64,000 bases of DNA. It comes from an uncultured Actinomycetota bacterium (GTDB taxonomy: Bacteria; Actinomycetota; Actinomycetes; CAVWCF01). Location of the stretch: NCBI GenBank assembly GCA_963753435.1, contig CAVWCF010000001.1, forward strand, positions 832,001 to 896,000, written 5' to 3'. Each line of letters starts with the position of its first letter. The stretch's first letter is position 1. Under the pieces are notes generated by a model that worked only from the letters and a program-made list of their open reading frames with translations, searched no databases and was not told the origin of the DNA. Below, in pieces: positions 1-10,123 of the stretch. Both the position numbers and the translations under genes were made by a program.

Positions 1-1830
1 CGCGAACGCCGCCCCGTAGCCGGCAGCGTCGTCCGGGTTGGTCCGCTCCAACTGCGCCTTGGCGTCGGTGATGCGTTGCAGCAGCGAGCGCTCGGCCAGC
101 CGAGCCACCTGTTCGCCGGCATAGCGCGCATCCACTGTGTCGGTGAGCAACGGCTCCACCGCCAGCGCCGTGATCAGCGCCTGCATGCGATCACTGCCAG
201 CGGCCTGCCGCAGTTGCTCCGCCCACTGGGCACCGGCAGCGCCGTCCTTCCACTCCGTAGCGATCAGGTGCCGCACGGCCGCGTACGCGGGGTGCCGGAA
301 CGCCGCATCGTCGAGAGCGGCGAAACCCGCCGCTACCAGGTCCGGGCGCTGCACAGCCAACTTGCAGGCCTCCCGATCCACGATCAGGGCGCGGTCGTTG
401 GCGTCCGGCAGCGCCGGTGCGCTCGGGCCCGCGTCCTCGAGGCCGGGTGTTCCGGCCGGAGCCGACGAGTCGCCTCTGGTCGCCGGGGCGGCCTGGCCCG
501 AGCGGGCGGGACCACGTTTGGCCGCATCCACGACCTGCGCGACATCGACGCCAAGCCAGCTGGCCAGCCGCGCGGCGTACTCCGGGCGCAGCGATCGGTC
601 GCGGATGTGCGACAACAACGGCGCCGTCGCCTTCAGCGCGGCGATTCGACCCTCGGCGTGCCGCAGATCGAAATCGTCGATGACCGAACGCATCACGAAC
701 TCCGGCAGCGGCACCCGTCGGTCCACCAGTGCCTGCACGGCGGCATCACCGTGCGCCATACGAAGATCGCACGGGTCCATCCCGTGCTCATCAATGGCCA
801 CGAACGTCTGCGAAACGAACTCCGCGTCGTGCTCAAAGGCCCGCATCGCCGCCTTGCGCCCGGCGGCGTCACCGTCGAACGTGAAGACCACCGCGCCGGC
901 GTTGCCGGCGGAGTCCAGCAGCAGCCGCCGCAGGATCTTCGTGTGCCCGGACCCGAAAGCCGTTCCGCAGGTGGCCACCGCTGTCGTGACCCCGGCCAGA
1001 TGCGCCGCCATCACGTCGGTGTACCCCTCCACCACGACCGCCTGGCGCTGTTTGGCGATCTCACGCTTGGCCTGGTCCAGCCCGAACAACACCTCCGACT
1101 TGCGGTACGCGGCCGTTTCCGGGGTGTTCAGGTACTTGGGGCCCTCGTCGTCGTCGAACAACTTGCGGGCACCGAAGCCGATCGGGTCGCCGGTGACATC
1201 ACGAATGGTCCAGACCAGACGACCTCGGAACCGGTCGTAGACGCCACGTTGACCCTCGACCACCAGTCCGGCCGCCAGCAACTCCTCCTGGCTGAAACCC
1301 CGCCCGCGCAGGTGCTTGGCCAAGGCGTCCCAAGACCGCGGCGCGAAACCGACTCCGAAACGCTTGGCTGCTTCGGCATCGAAACCGCGACCGCTCAGGA
1401 ACTCCCGGCCGGGCGCGGCCTCGGCGCCGCTGAGCTGGTCAGCGAAGAACTGGGCTGCGGCGGCGTTGGCCTCGACGATGCGAGTGCGGATCGAGCGCTG
1501 CCGACTCGACGGCCCGGAACCGCCCTCGGTGTACTGCAACTGCACCCCGAACTGGGCAGCCAGCCGCTCCACGGCCTCGGTGAACGAAAGATGCTCGACT
1601 TCCTGCACAAAGCCGATCACGTCGCCGCCGGCGCCGCAGCCGAAGCAGTAGTACAGACCCCGCGAAGGGGTCACGTGGAACGACGGCGACTTCTCGTCGT
1701 GGAAAGGGCACAGCCCCTTCAGGCTCCCGCCACCGGCGCCGCGCAACTGGACGTACTGACCCACGACCTGGTCGATGCTGGCGCGCTCACGTACCTGGGC
1801 GATGTCCTCGTCGCGGATCCGCCCGGTCAT
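1..1830 (-). CDS. dnaG: DNA primase (3' end runs off the window)
   Basis: Read manually on the minus strand from ATG at 1830: MTGRIRDEDIAQVRERASIDQVVG...LKGLCPFHDEKSPSF...YYCFGC (CHC2 zinc finger), followed by Toprim-like VEGYTDV and FDGDAAG. Absent from the ORF track because it is open at the edge. Confidence 0.97.
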   Translation of the reverse strand, partial: MTGRIRDEDIAQVRERASIDQVVGQYVQLRGAGGGSLKGLCPFHDEKSPSFHVTPSRGLYYCFGCGAGGDVIGFVQEVEHLSFTEAVERLAAQFGVQLQYTEGGSGPSSRQRSIRTRIVEANAAAAQFFADQLSGAEAAPGREFLSGRGFDAEAAKRFGVGFAPRSWDALAKHLRGRGFSQEELLAAGLVVEGQRGVYDRFRGRLVWTIRDVTGDPIGFGARKLFDDDEGPKYLNTPETAAYRKSEVLFGLDQAKREIAKQRQAVVVEGYTDVMAAHLAGVTTAVATCGTAFGSGHTKILRRLLLDSAGNAGAVVFTFDGDAAGRKAAMRAFEHDAEFVSQTFVAIDEHGMDPCDLRMAHGDAAVQALVDRRVPLPEFVMRSVIDDFDLRHAEGRIAALKATAPLLSHIRDRSLRPEYAARLASWLGVDVAQVVDAAKRGPARSGQAAPATRGDSSAPAGTPGLEDAGPSAPALPDANDRALIVDREACKLAVQRPDLVAAGFAALDDAAFRHPAYAAVRHLIATEWKDGAAGAQWAEQLRQAAGSDRMQALITALAVEPLLTDTVDARYAGEQVARLAERSLLQRITDAKAQLERTNPDDAAGYGAAFA

Positions 1831-1858
1831 GGCCGCACCCTAAGCCGGGCCGGTCGGC

Positions 1859-3079
1859 TCACACTTCGCCGAGGGGAACGTGTGCGTCCACCAGCCGCTC
1901 CACCGCGGCCGGTCGACCGGACTTGATCAATCCCTGGATCTCCTCGGTCACGTCCCAGACGTTGACGTTCATCCCCGCGACCACCCGGTCACCGGACAAC
2001 CAGAACGCGATGAACTCCAGCGACTCCGGCCGGCCGCGGTAGACGACGCGGTCGTAGTCACCGGGCGCGGCGACGCCGCTGAACTCCATGCCCAACTCGA
2101 ACTGGTCGGTGTAGAAGTACGGGACCCGGTCGTAGGAGACCGACTCCCCCGCCATGTTGCGTCCGGCCACCTTGCCGGTGTTCAACGCGTTGGCCCAGTG
2201 CTCGACCCGCAACGGCCGCTGCAGCAGCGGACTGAACGCTTCGACCACGTCGCCGGCGGCAAAGACGCCCTCGGCTGACGTCTGCAGGTTGGCATCGGTG
2301 CGGATGCCGGAGGCCACCTCCAAGCCGGCGTCCGCGGCCAGGGACAGCCGTGGCTGCGCTCCCACCCCGACCACGACCACGTCGGCTTCCACCGGCTCAC
2401 CGGCGACGGTCAGCACCGCGGCACCGTTTGCGGCGGCAACGCTTTCGACGCCCGATCCGGTGCGCACTTCGACTCCATGGTGGCGATGCAGCCGGGCGAA
2501 CAGGTCGCCCAACTCCGGCCCCAAAGCACCGTGCAGCGGCGTTGGCTGTGGCTCGATGACCACAACCTCGTTGCCGGCGTTGCGGGCGGCGGCGGCGACC
2601 TCCAAGCCGATCCAGCCACCACCGATGACGGCGACCCGCCGACCGCCCACATCCAGGGCGGCTTTCAACGCCCGGGCGTCGTCCAGGGTCCGCAGGTAGA
2701 GCAGCTCCACGTCGGCAGCGCCGGGCACGTCCAACCGCCTCGGTTCGGCGCCGGTGGCGAGCAGCAGTTTGTCGAAGCCGATCGCCGATCCGTCCGCGAG
2801 ACCGACCATGCGCGCGGCCAAATCAAGTTGCACAGCCTCCGACCCCGTACGCAGATCAACGTCGTTGTCGGCGTACCAGTCCCGGGGCAGCGCCAGCGTG
2901 TCCTCGGCGCTCTTACCGCCGGCCAGGAACCCCTTCGACAACGCCGGTCGCTCATACGGTGCTTCATCCTCGGCCGCGAGCAGCGTGACCGGCCCGTCAA
3001 AACCGGCACCTCGTGCCGCTTCCACCGCCCGGGCACCTGCCAACCCGCCACCAACGACCACGATCCCGGACTCAGACAT
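1859..3079 (-). CDS. NAD(P)/FAD-dependent oxidoreductase (ferredoxin reductase-like)
   Basis: Motifs GGGLAG, PYERPALSK, GGGWIGLE, VFAAGD, RVEHW and PYFYTDQF. Start trimmed to MSESGIVVVGGG. Confidence 0.92.
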   Translation of the reverse strand: MSESGIVVVGGGLAGARAVEAARGAGFDGPVTLLAAEDEAPYERPALSKGFLAGGKSAEDTLALPRDWYADNDVDLRTGSEAVQLDLAARMVGLADGSAIGFDKLLLATGAEPRRLDVPGAADVELLYLRTLDDARALKAALDVGGRRVAVIGGGWIGLEVAAAARNAGNEVVVIEPQPTPLHGALGPELGDLFARLHRHHGVEVRTGSGVESVAAANGAAVLTVAGEPVEADVVVVGVGAQPRLSLAADAGLEVASGIRTDANLQTSAEGVFAAGDVVEAFSPLLQRPLRVEHWANALNTGKVAGRNMAGESVSYDRVPYFYTDQFELGMEFSGVAAPGDYDRVVYRGRPESLEFIAFWLSGDRVVAGMNVNVWDVTEEIQGLIKSGRPAAVERLVDAHVPLGEV

Positions 3080-3107
3080 AGACCCCATCGTGGACGAAGA
3101 CCGGGTC

Positions 3108-3569
3108 TCACGCAGCCGGTCGGGAGAGACGAACCGCACGGAAGTGCGGAATGCCCGTATCTGTCACGAACTCCTCGCCCACGATGTCGAACCCCGCCCG
3201 CTCCCAGAAACTGAGGGCGCTGGTGCGGGCGTTGCACCAGAGCAACTGGGGCGGATTCGGCAACGTCAGGGCGCGGCGCACCACCGCAGCGACCAACGCG
3301 GAACCGATGCCTTGGCCTCGCGCGTCTTCGCGGACGGCGACTCCCCGCAAGCGCCACCCAGAATCCGAGGCCTCTTCCGGCAACGGGTCCGGGACATAGG
3401 ACGTGACACCCAACAGCTCTTCCCCGACACAGGCGGCCAGGTGCACCGCCTCAGGGTGATCATCGAGAGACCAGACCGCGGCGGCGGTGTCCCCGCCGCG
3501 CAGGACCGCTGCCCGCAACGGCACCACGCGGGCCAGCGGCACCGCCTCGATCAGCAGGTCGCCGGTCAT
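3108..3569 (-). CDS. GNAT family N-acetyltransferase
   Basis: Motifs LRGVAVREDARGQGIG and WCNART..FWERAGF. ATG overlaps the dgt stop (TGATG). Confidence 0.88.
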   Translation of the reverse strand: MTGDLLIEAVPLARVVPLRAAVLRGGDTAAAVWSLDDHPEAVHLAACVGEELLGVTSYVPDPLPEEASDSGWRLRGVAVREDARGQGIGSALVAAVVRRALTLPNPPQLLWCNARTSALSFWERAGFDIVGEEFVTDTGIPHFRAVRLSRPAA

Positions 3570-4804
3570 CACGAACTCATCGACAGGTGCCGATGCAGCG
3601 CCAGCGCCGACAGGTCGGTGTAGGAGGCGACCTGGTCGACAACCGCGCGAAGTCGAGCGGAGTCGTCGCCGGCCGCGGCGAAGGCCTGCCGAAACTCCGG
3701 GCTGAGCGTTTCCGGTGCGCCGCGGCGTACGTGTTCGAACACCTCTTCCAGGATCTCCCGCTGTTCGGCGTACCGCTGCTGGGCCTGGGGCCGGTGCATA
3801 ACCGCCGAAGCGGCCATGGCTTTCAGTCCGGCGACTCGCAGCCGCGTGTCCTCCGGAACGATCAGGTCCGCCGCATAGCGACGTAGTGGCCCGCCATGCA
3901 CCGCTGTGGTGGCTGCCACCGCCGCCGAGCAGAAGCGCCCGATCAACGCACTGGTGAGGGCCTTCAGCGCGGCCAGGTCGGCACGGGTGCCGGAGAACGC
4001 CTTGGGCCACCGCAACTCGACGACCAGTTCGCCCAACGCCGAAGCGATCGTTTCGACATCCACATCCGGTGCGTAGGCAGTCACATGACCCGATAGGGCG
4101 TCCGTGAGCGCTGCGGAATCGTGCAGCACCGCAAGGTCCACGTGCCCGGCGTGGATGCCGTCCTCAAGGTCATGCACCGAGTAGGCGACGTCGTCGGCGA
4201 AGTCCATGACCTGCGCTTCCAGACAGGTCGCGCGTGCCGGCGCGTCTTGCCGCATCCAGTCGAACGCGGCCCGGTCGTCGTCGTACACACCGAACTTGCC
4301 CGGCCCGGATCGTTGCCATGGGTACTTCGTGGCGGCGTCCAAGCTGGCCCTCGTCAGGTTGAGGCCGGCGGGCCGCCCATCGGGAGCCGTCGCCTTGGGC
4401 TCCAACCGCGTGAGGACCCGGAAGGTCTGGGCGTTTCCTTCGAAGCCACCGGCATCGGCGGCCAGGCGGTCGAGCACCGATTCGCCGTTGTGCCCGAACG
4501 GCGGGTGCCCGAGGTCATGGGCCAGCCCCGCGCAATCCACCAGGTCAGCGTCGCAACCCAGCGCGTTTCCCAGTTCCCTAGCGATCTGGGCGCATTCCAA
4601 GGAATGCGTCAGGCGAGTCCGGGGGAAGTCGCTGATGCCCGGTTCGACGACCTGGGTGGTGGCGGCAAGTCGACGCAGGCCGGCACTGTGCAGCACCCGG
4701 GCCCGATCCCGGGCGAACGGTGACCTGGCCGTCGCCTTCTCTGGTTCGGCGAGCAGCCGGGCCAGCGATTCCGGCCCGTACCCGGCGACCGTGGCGTCGG
4801 TCAC
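3569..4804 (-). CDS. dgt: deoxyguanosinetriphosphate triphosphohydrolase
   Basis: Motifs RDRARVLHS, RTRLTHSLE, HDLGHPPFGHNGE, FEGNAQT and DDVAYSVHDLED. Confidence 0.95.
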   Translation of the reverse strand: MTDATVAGYGPESLARLLAEPEKATARSPFARDRARVLHSAGLRRLAATTQVVEPGISDFPRTRLTHSLECAQIARELGNALGCDADLVDCAGLAHDLGHPPFGHNGESVLDRLAADAGGFEGNAQTFRVLTRLEPKATAPDGRPAGLNLTRASLDAATKYPWQRSGPGKFGVYDDDRAAFDWMRQDAPARATCLEAQVMDFADDVAYSVHDLEDGIHAGHVDLAVLHDSAALTDALSGHVTAYAPDVDVETIASALGELVVELRWPKAFSGTRADLAALKALTSALIGRFCSAAVAATTAVHGGPLRRYAADLIVPEDTRLRVAGLKAMAASAVMHRPQAQQRYAEQREILEEVFEHVRRGAPETLSPEFRQAFAAAGDDSARLRAVVDQVASYTDLSALALHRHLSMSS

Positions 4805-5463
4805 AGGGCGTCAGGTGCCGTCACACCCGGCTGGTTCCCAGTCCACCGGAACCACTGAAACGCCCACCAACCCATGGTTTCGCGCAAGACGTATCGGGGT
4901 TGTGCCCAAACCGGCGCGGCCGGGCCGTCCTGAACCGGCGACGCCACCGCATCCAGTCCGGCGACGGCGGCCATCTCGGTGCTGCGCAGCGCGTGCGCCG
5001 GGTCGGTCACCACGGTCACCCGCGTCCCGTTCCCCAGCGCCTCGGCGACCGCCTGCATGCTCGTCCAGGTGTCGCTGCCGGCATCAACCGCCAGCGTCGC
5101 CTCGTTCGGCACCCCGGCATCCTGCAGGTAGGCGGCCCCGGCTTCGGCCTCGGTGAACCGGTCACCGGGTTGCTTGCCGCCGACGGTGATGATCCGGTCG
5201 GCCACCCCGTCCTCGTACAACGCGAGCGCATGATCCAGGCGCGCGGCCAGCACCGCGGACGGTTGCCCGTCGTATTGGCTGGCGCCAAGAACCACGAGGG
5301 CTTCACTGGCGGACCGGTCATCGCTCAGGCCGGCCGCGAGCACCCGGATTCCCGACCAGGCGAACAACCCGACCAACACGAGGACCGCCACTGCCAGCAG
5401 CCGACCGATCCACCCGCGGCGGGCGCGGGTCGGGGTATCAGCCACGGCGGTCACGGCAGTCAT
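4801..5463 (-). CDS. YdcF/DUF218 family membrane-anchored protein
   Basis: N-terminal TM, then VLGASQYDG.PS..LAARLD, GGKQPGD..TEA and VTDPAH..RS. Confidence 0.88.
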   Translation of the reverse strand: MTAVTAVADTPTRARRGWIGRLLAVAVLVLVGLFAWSGIRVLAAGLSDDRSASEALVVLGASQYDGQPSAVLAARLDHALALYEDGVADRIITVGGKQPGDRFTEAEAGAAYLQDAGVPNEATLAVDAGSDTWTSMQAVAEALGNGTRVTVVTDPAHALRSTEMAAVAGLDAVASPVQDGPAAPVWAQPRYVLRETMGWWAFQWFRWTGNQPGVTAPDAL

Positions 5464-5505
5464 TGTCCCAGGTCCGCGGACCTGGGCCGGTCATCTCCGG
5501 CTGGA

Positions 5506-8196
5506 CTACCGGCTGTCCGATCCGCGAGCCGAAACCGACGCCCGCCCCGCCTCCAGCCGCGCCACCGGCACCCGGAACGGCGAGCAGGACACGTAGTCCA
5601 GCCCGGTCTCGTGGAAGAAGTGGATGCTCTCGGGGTCGCCGCCGTGTTCCCCGCAGACGCCCAGGTGCAGGTTCGGCCGCACCGACCGACCCTCGGCCGC
5701 GGCGAAACTGACCAGCCGACCCACGCCGGCGACGTCGATCGACTCGAACGGGCTGACGCCGAAGATCCCCTTCTCCAGGTACTGCGAGAAGAAGGCCCCT
5801 TCGACGTCGTCGCGCGAGAACCCCCAGGTCGTCTGGGTCAGGTCGTTGGTACCGAAGGAGAAGAACTCCGCCGACTCGGCGATCTCCGCAGCGGTCAGCG
5901 CCGCCCGCGGCAACTCGATCATGGTCCCGATGGGGGCGCTCAGGTCCATCCCGCGCTCGGCGGAAACCTCCGCCAGCACCGCCTCGGTCTCGGCGCGCAT
6001 CAACTCCAGTTCCTGCACCGTGTCCACCAGCGGGATCATGATCTCCGTCCGCGGTGTGCCGCCGGCAGCCAGTCGATCCGCCGCCGCGTGCGCGATCGCC
6101 CGGACCTGCATCGCGTACAGACCTGGCACGACCAGACCAAGCCGAACACCGCGCAGGCCCAGCATGGGGTTCTGCTCATGCATGCGCTTGACCGCGTGCA
6201 GCAAGCGTTCGGTGTCCGCGTCCACCTCGCCAGAAGCCTTGGCCAGCGCGGCCTTGACCTCCAGTTCCACGAGGTCCGGCAGGAACTCGTGCAACGGCGG
6301 GTCGAGCAGCCGAATCGTGACCGGCAGCCCGTCCATGGCCTCCAGCAACTCCACGAAGTCGCCGCGCTGCAGCGGGAGCAGCTCAGCGAGCGCAGCCTCG
6401 CGCTCCTCGGCGTTGGCAGCCAGGATCAGTCGTTCCACGATTACCCGACGGTCGCCCAGGAACATGTGCTCGGTGCGGCACAGACCAATCCCTTCCGCGC
6501 CGAAACGGCGCGCCCGGGCGGCGTCCTCGCCGGTGTCGGCGTTGGTGCGGACGGCGAGTCGCCGAACCTTGTCCGCGTGCCGCATCAGGCGATCCACCGC
6601 CGCGACCAGCTCGTCGCCGTCGGCGACGTCCAGCCGCCCTTCGAAGTACTCCACGACCGGTGAGGAAACGACCGGGACGGCGCCCAGGAATACCTCGCCG
6701 GTAGAACCGTCGATGCTGATGACGTCGAACTCCGCGATCGTGGTCCCGTCCGGCAGCAGCGCCTGGCGCGCGACGGGGTCGACCTCCAACTCCTCGCACC
6801 CGACGACGCAGGTCTTGCCCATGCCGCGGGCAACCACTGCGGCGTGAGAGGTCTTGCCACCACGGTTGGTGAGGATGCCGGCGGCGGCGATCATGCCGTC
6901 GAGATCATCGGGGTTGGTCTCGCGACGAACCAGGACCACCGACTCCCCCGCGGCCGCCGCCTTCACGGCTTCGGCGGAGTCGAACACGACCTTGCCGACC
7001 GCGGCCCCTGGCGAGGCGCCGACGCCGTTGACCTTGGCCTGACGGTCCGGATCGGTGGCGAAGCGCGGGAACATCAACTGCGCCAACTGCTGGCCGGTGA
7101 CCCGCTGCAGCGCTTCGTCCTCGGCGATGACGCCCTCGTCGACCAACTGTGTTGCGATGCGGAATGCGGCTGCGGCGGTCCGCTTGCCCACACGGGTCTG
7201 CAGCATCCAGAGCTTGCCGCGTTGAATGGTGAATTCGATGTCACACAGGTCGCGGTAGTGCGACTCCAGTCGCGCCATGATCTGCATCAACTGCTCGTAG
7301 GCGGCGGGATCGATTCCGGCCAGGTCGTCCAGCGAGAGGGTGTTGCGGATGCCGGCAACCACGTCTTCACCCTGAGCGTTCTGCAGGTAGTCGCCGTAGA
7401 CGCCGCTGTGCCCGGTCCCCGGATCCCTGGTGAACGCCACGCCGGTGCCGGAGTCGGCGCCGAGGTTGCCGAACACCATGGTGCAGACGTTGACCGCGGT
7501 GCCGAGGTTGGCGGGGATGCGCTCCTGGCGGCGGTAAAGAATCGCCCGCGGTGCATTCCACGAGTCGAACACGGCCCGGATCGACAGGTCGAGTTGTTCG
7601 CGCGGGTCCTGAGGGAACTCACGACCCGTTTGCTCCAGGACCACCGACTTGAACTTGGCCACGACGGCGGCCAGGTCATCGGCGTCCAGGTCCAGGTCCG
7701 CGGTCGTGCCCTTGGCCTTCTTGGCGGCGTCCAGCGCGGACTCGAAATGCTCGCCTTCGATCCCCAGGACCGTCTTGCCGAACATCTGGATGAGCCGCCG
7801 GTAGGAGTCCTGCGCGAAGCGATCGTTTCCGGCCTGCTTGGCCAGCCCGACGACGGACTCGTCGTTGAGGCCGATGTTCAGGACGGTCTCCATCATCCCG
7901 GGCATGGAGAACTTGCCCCCCGAACGCACGCTGACCAGCAGCGGGTCAGCCGGGTCGCCCAGCCGTTGCCCCATCTGCTGCTCCAGGGCGGCCAGGTGCT
8001 CGGTGAGCTCAGCGGACAACTCCGGCGGCTCCGCGCCGTCGTGCAGGTAGGCCACACAAGCCTCGGTCGTGATGGTGAAACCGGGCGGCACGGGGATGCC
8101 GAGATTGGTCATCTCCGCCAGATTGGCGCCCTTGCCCCCCAACAAGTCCTTCAAGTCCTTGTTGCCTTCGGTGAAGTCGTACACGTACTTGGTCAA
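5506..8196 (-). CDS. ppdK: pyruvate, phosphate dikinase
   Basis: Motifs KYVYDF.EG..DLLGGKGANLAEM, GGKTSHAAVVARG, GLCRTEHMF and FSFGTNDLTQ. Start is TTG 8196 or GTG 8202, not the extended ORF start. Confidence 0.96.
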   Translation of the reverse strand: MTKYVYDFTEGNKDLKDLLGGKGANLAEMTNLGIPVPPGFTITTEACVAYLHDGAEPPELSAELTEHLAALEQQMGQRLGDPADPLLVSVRSGGKFSMPGMMETVLNIGLNDESVVGLAKQAGNDRFAQDSYRRLIQMFGKTVLGIEGEHFESALDAAKKAKGTTADLDLDADDLAAVVAKFKSVVLEQTGREFPQDPREQLDLSIRAVFDSWNAPRAILYRRQERIPANLGTAVNVCTMVFGNLGADSGTGVAFTRDPGTGHSGVYGDYLQNAQGEDVVAGIRNTLSLDDLAGIDPAAYEQLMQIMARLESHYRDLCDIEFTIQRGKLWMLQTRVGKRTAAAAFRIATQLVDEGVIAEDEALQRVTGQQLAQLMFPRFATDPDRQAKVNGVGASPGAAVGKVVFDSAEAVKAAAAGESVVLVRRETNPDDLDGMIAAAGILTNRGGKTSHAAVVARGMGKTCVVGCEELEVDPVARQALLPDGTTIAEFDVISIDGSTGEVFLGAVPVVSSPVVEYFEGRLDVADGDELVAAVDRLMRHADKVRRLAVRTNADTGEDAARARRFGAEGIGLCRTEHMFLGDRRVIVERLILAANAEEREAALAELLPLQRGDFVELLEAMDGLPVTIRLLDPPLHEFLPDLVELEVKAALAKASGEVDADTERLLHAVKRMHEQNPMLGLRGVRLGLVVPGLYAMQVRAIAHAAADRLAAGGTPRTEIMIPLVDTVQELELMRAETEAVLAEVSAERGMDLSAPIGTMIELPRAALTAAEIAESAEFFSFGTNDLTQTTWGFSRDDVEGAFFSQYLEKGIFGVSPFESIDVAGVGRLVSFAAAEGRSVRPNLHLGVCGEHGGDPESIHFFHETGLDYVSCSPFRVPVARLEAGRASVSARGSDSR

Positions 8197-8298
8197 CGTC
8201 ACCCTCACCTCACCCCGGACGGTCGGACGCCGGAACCCTAGACGCCAGGGGCGGGCCCGCGGCAGGGACCTCAGTCCGTCATCCGGGACAATCGGCGA

Positions 8299-9426
8299 AT
8301 GACTTCCCCACCGGCCCCGCTGACGCTGGGTCCGTACGAGTTGGCGACCCCCGTCGTGCTCGCCCCGATGGCCGGGGTCACCAACGTCGCGTACCGGCAA
8401 CTGTGCAACGAGTTCGGTGCCGGCCTGTGCGTCTCGGAAATGGTCACCACGCGCGGGCTGGTGCACGGAGACGCCACGACCAGATCCATGATCGCGTTCT
8501 CCGAAGGCGAGCGGCCGCGCTCGGTTCAGTTGTACGGAGTTGACCCCAAGGTGGTCGGTCGGGCCGTAGAAATCGTGCGCGCGGAGGACCTGGCCGATCA
8601 CGTCGACCTCAACTTCGGCTGCCCGGTCCCCAAGGTGACCCGCAAGGGTGGGGGGTCCGCGCTGCCGTTCAAGCATCGCCTCTTCGCCGGAGTTGTCGAA
8701 GCAGCCGTGCGCGCGGCCGGGCCGCTGCCGGTGACGGTCAAGATGCGCATGGGAATCGACGACGACCACCTGACCTACCTGCGGGCGGGGCGCATCGCCG
8801 AGGACGCGGGCGTGGCCTGGGTGGCCCTGCACGCCCGCACGGCGGCGCAGTTTTACGGCGGACAGGCCGACTGGTCGGCGATCGCCACGCTGAAGGAGGC
8901 GCTGTCGGTTCCGGTCCTGGGCAACGGCGACATCTGGACGGCCCAAGATGCGCTACGGATGGTCGCCGAAACCGGCTGCGACGGCGTCGTTGTCGGGCGC
9001 GGCTGCCTGGGGCGGCCATGGTTGTTCGGTGAGTTGCGGGCCGCTTTCCGCGGCCAGCCGCAGCCGCCGGCTCCCCACCTGCTCGACGTGATCGACGTGA
9101 TGAAACGTCATGCCGAACTGCTGGTCGCCGCCTTCGGGGAGAAGAAGGGCTGCATCGAGTTGCGCAAGCACATCGCCTGGTACCTGAAGGGGTTCTCCGT
9201 CGGTGGCGAGACCAGGTTGGCCCTGGCCCACGTGGAGTCGCTGTCCCAACTGGCGGATCTGCTGGCGCGCATCGATGCTGATCAGGTGCTGACCGCCGAG
9301 ATCGCATCCGCGCCGCGCGGGCGGACCAACACGGCCAAGCGCGTGGCGTTGCCGGCCGGCTGGCTGGACGATCCAGACGAGATGCTCGTGCCTGCCGGGG
9401 CCGAGTTGGCTCATTCCGGTGGGTGA
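8299..9426 (+). CDS. dusB: tRNA-dihydrouridine synthase DusB
   Basis: Motifs LAPMAGVT, DLNFGCPVPKV, LHART and GNGDI. Confidence 0.95.
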   Translation: MTSPPAPLTLGPYELATPVVLAPMAGVTNVAYRQLCNEFGAGLCVSEMVTTRGLVHGDATTRSMIAFSEGERPRSVQLYGVDPKVVGRAVEIVRAEDLADHVDLNFGCPVPKVTRKGGGSALPFKHRLFAGVVEAAVRAAGPLPVTVKMRMGIDDDHLTYLRAGRIAEDAGVAWVALHARTAAQFYGGQADWSAIATLKEALSVPVLGNGDIWTAQDALRMVAETGCDGVVVGRGCLGRPWLFGELRAAFRGQPQPPAPHLLDVIDVMKRHAELLVAAFGEKKGCIELRKHIAWYLKGFSVGGETRLALAHVESLSQLADLLARIDADQVLTAEIASAPRGRTNTAKRVALPAGWLDDPDEMLVPAGAELAHSGG

Positions 9427-9427
9427 G

Positions 9428-10123
9428 GTGAGCGGTGCTGCCACGGTCGGAGCAGCCGCGACCGAGCAGTCCGCTGTTTCGCTGGACGTGTGGGCCGACA
9501 TTGCCTGCCCGTGGTGTTTCCTGGGGCACCGCACCCTCGAACAACTGCTGACATCTGGCGAGGCCGGGCCGGTGCAGCGCCGGCATCGCGCGTTTCTGCT
9601 GCGCTCGGACATGCCGGCCCGCGGCATCCCATACGACGAGTTGATGACTCAGATCTTCGGGAGCCGGGAAGCGGCGCTGCCTGCAGAGGACCGTCTCACC
9701 GCGCTCGGCGGCGCCGCCGGCATCAGGTTCGATTTCTCGGCCATGCCGGTGGCGGCCAACAGCCGGCTGGCGCACCAGGCAGTGCTGGCCAGCGAACCGG
9801 ACGCCCAGACTCACGTGCTGGATGCCTGCTACAGCGCCTACTGGGAACGTGGCATGGACATCACCGACCCCGACACGGTCCTGGGGCTTGCGGTCGAAGC
9901 CGGCGGCGGTACCAGGGAATCGCTGCTGCACGCGCTATCGAACGACACGGGCGCATTGGCTCAGGACCTCGCCGAGGCGCAGACCCTCGGCGTCCAGGCG
10001 GTGCCCACATTGATCGCCGACGGACGTCTCGCGGTCCAGGGCGCCCAACCGCCCGAACTGCTGACCCGGTTTCTGGCTCAGGCCCGTGCGCAGGCGGCGC
10101 CTAGCCCGACGACGCCCCGGTAG
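9428..10123 (+). CDS. DsbA/FrnE family oxidoreductase
   Basis: WADIACPWC CxxC motif and GVQAVPT...VQGAQP. Confidence 0.88.
   Translation: MSGAATVGAAATEQSAVSLDVWADIACPWCFLGHRTLEQLLTSGEAGPVQRRHRAFLLRSDMPARGIPYDELMTQIFGSREAALPAEDRLTALGGAAGIRFDFSAMPVAANSRLAHQAVLASEPDAQTHVLDACYSAYWERGMDITDPDTVLGLAVEAGGGTRESLLHALSNDTGALAQDLAEAQTLGVQAVPTLIADGRLAVQGAQPPELLTRFLAQARAQAAPSPTTPR

Noticed and set aside
1828-1842. Leaderless starts (TAGGGT-N6-ATG at dnaG; similar at dusB, recO and uppS)
   Set aside because: They look real but are a well-known general feature of actinobacteria.
76-1926. 616-aa plus-strand ORF, and similar long ORFs at 4720-6663, 18721-20481 and 39355-41076
   Set aside because: These are antisense shadows of dnaG, ppdK, leuA and the malic enzyme gene, expected from high GC3 codon bias. 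They show no motifs.
8197-8946. Apparent 250-aa N-terminal extension of PpdK
   Set aside because: It is an open frame antisense to dusB. PpdK homology starts at KYVYDF.
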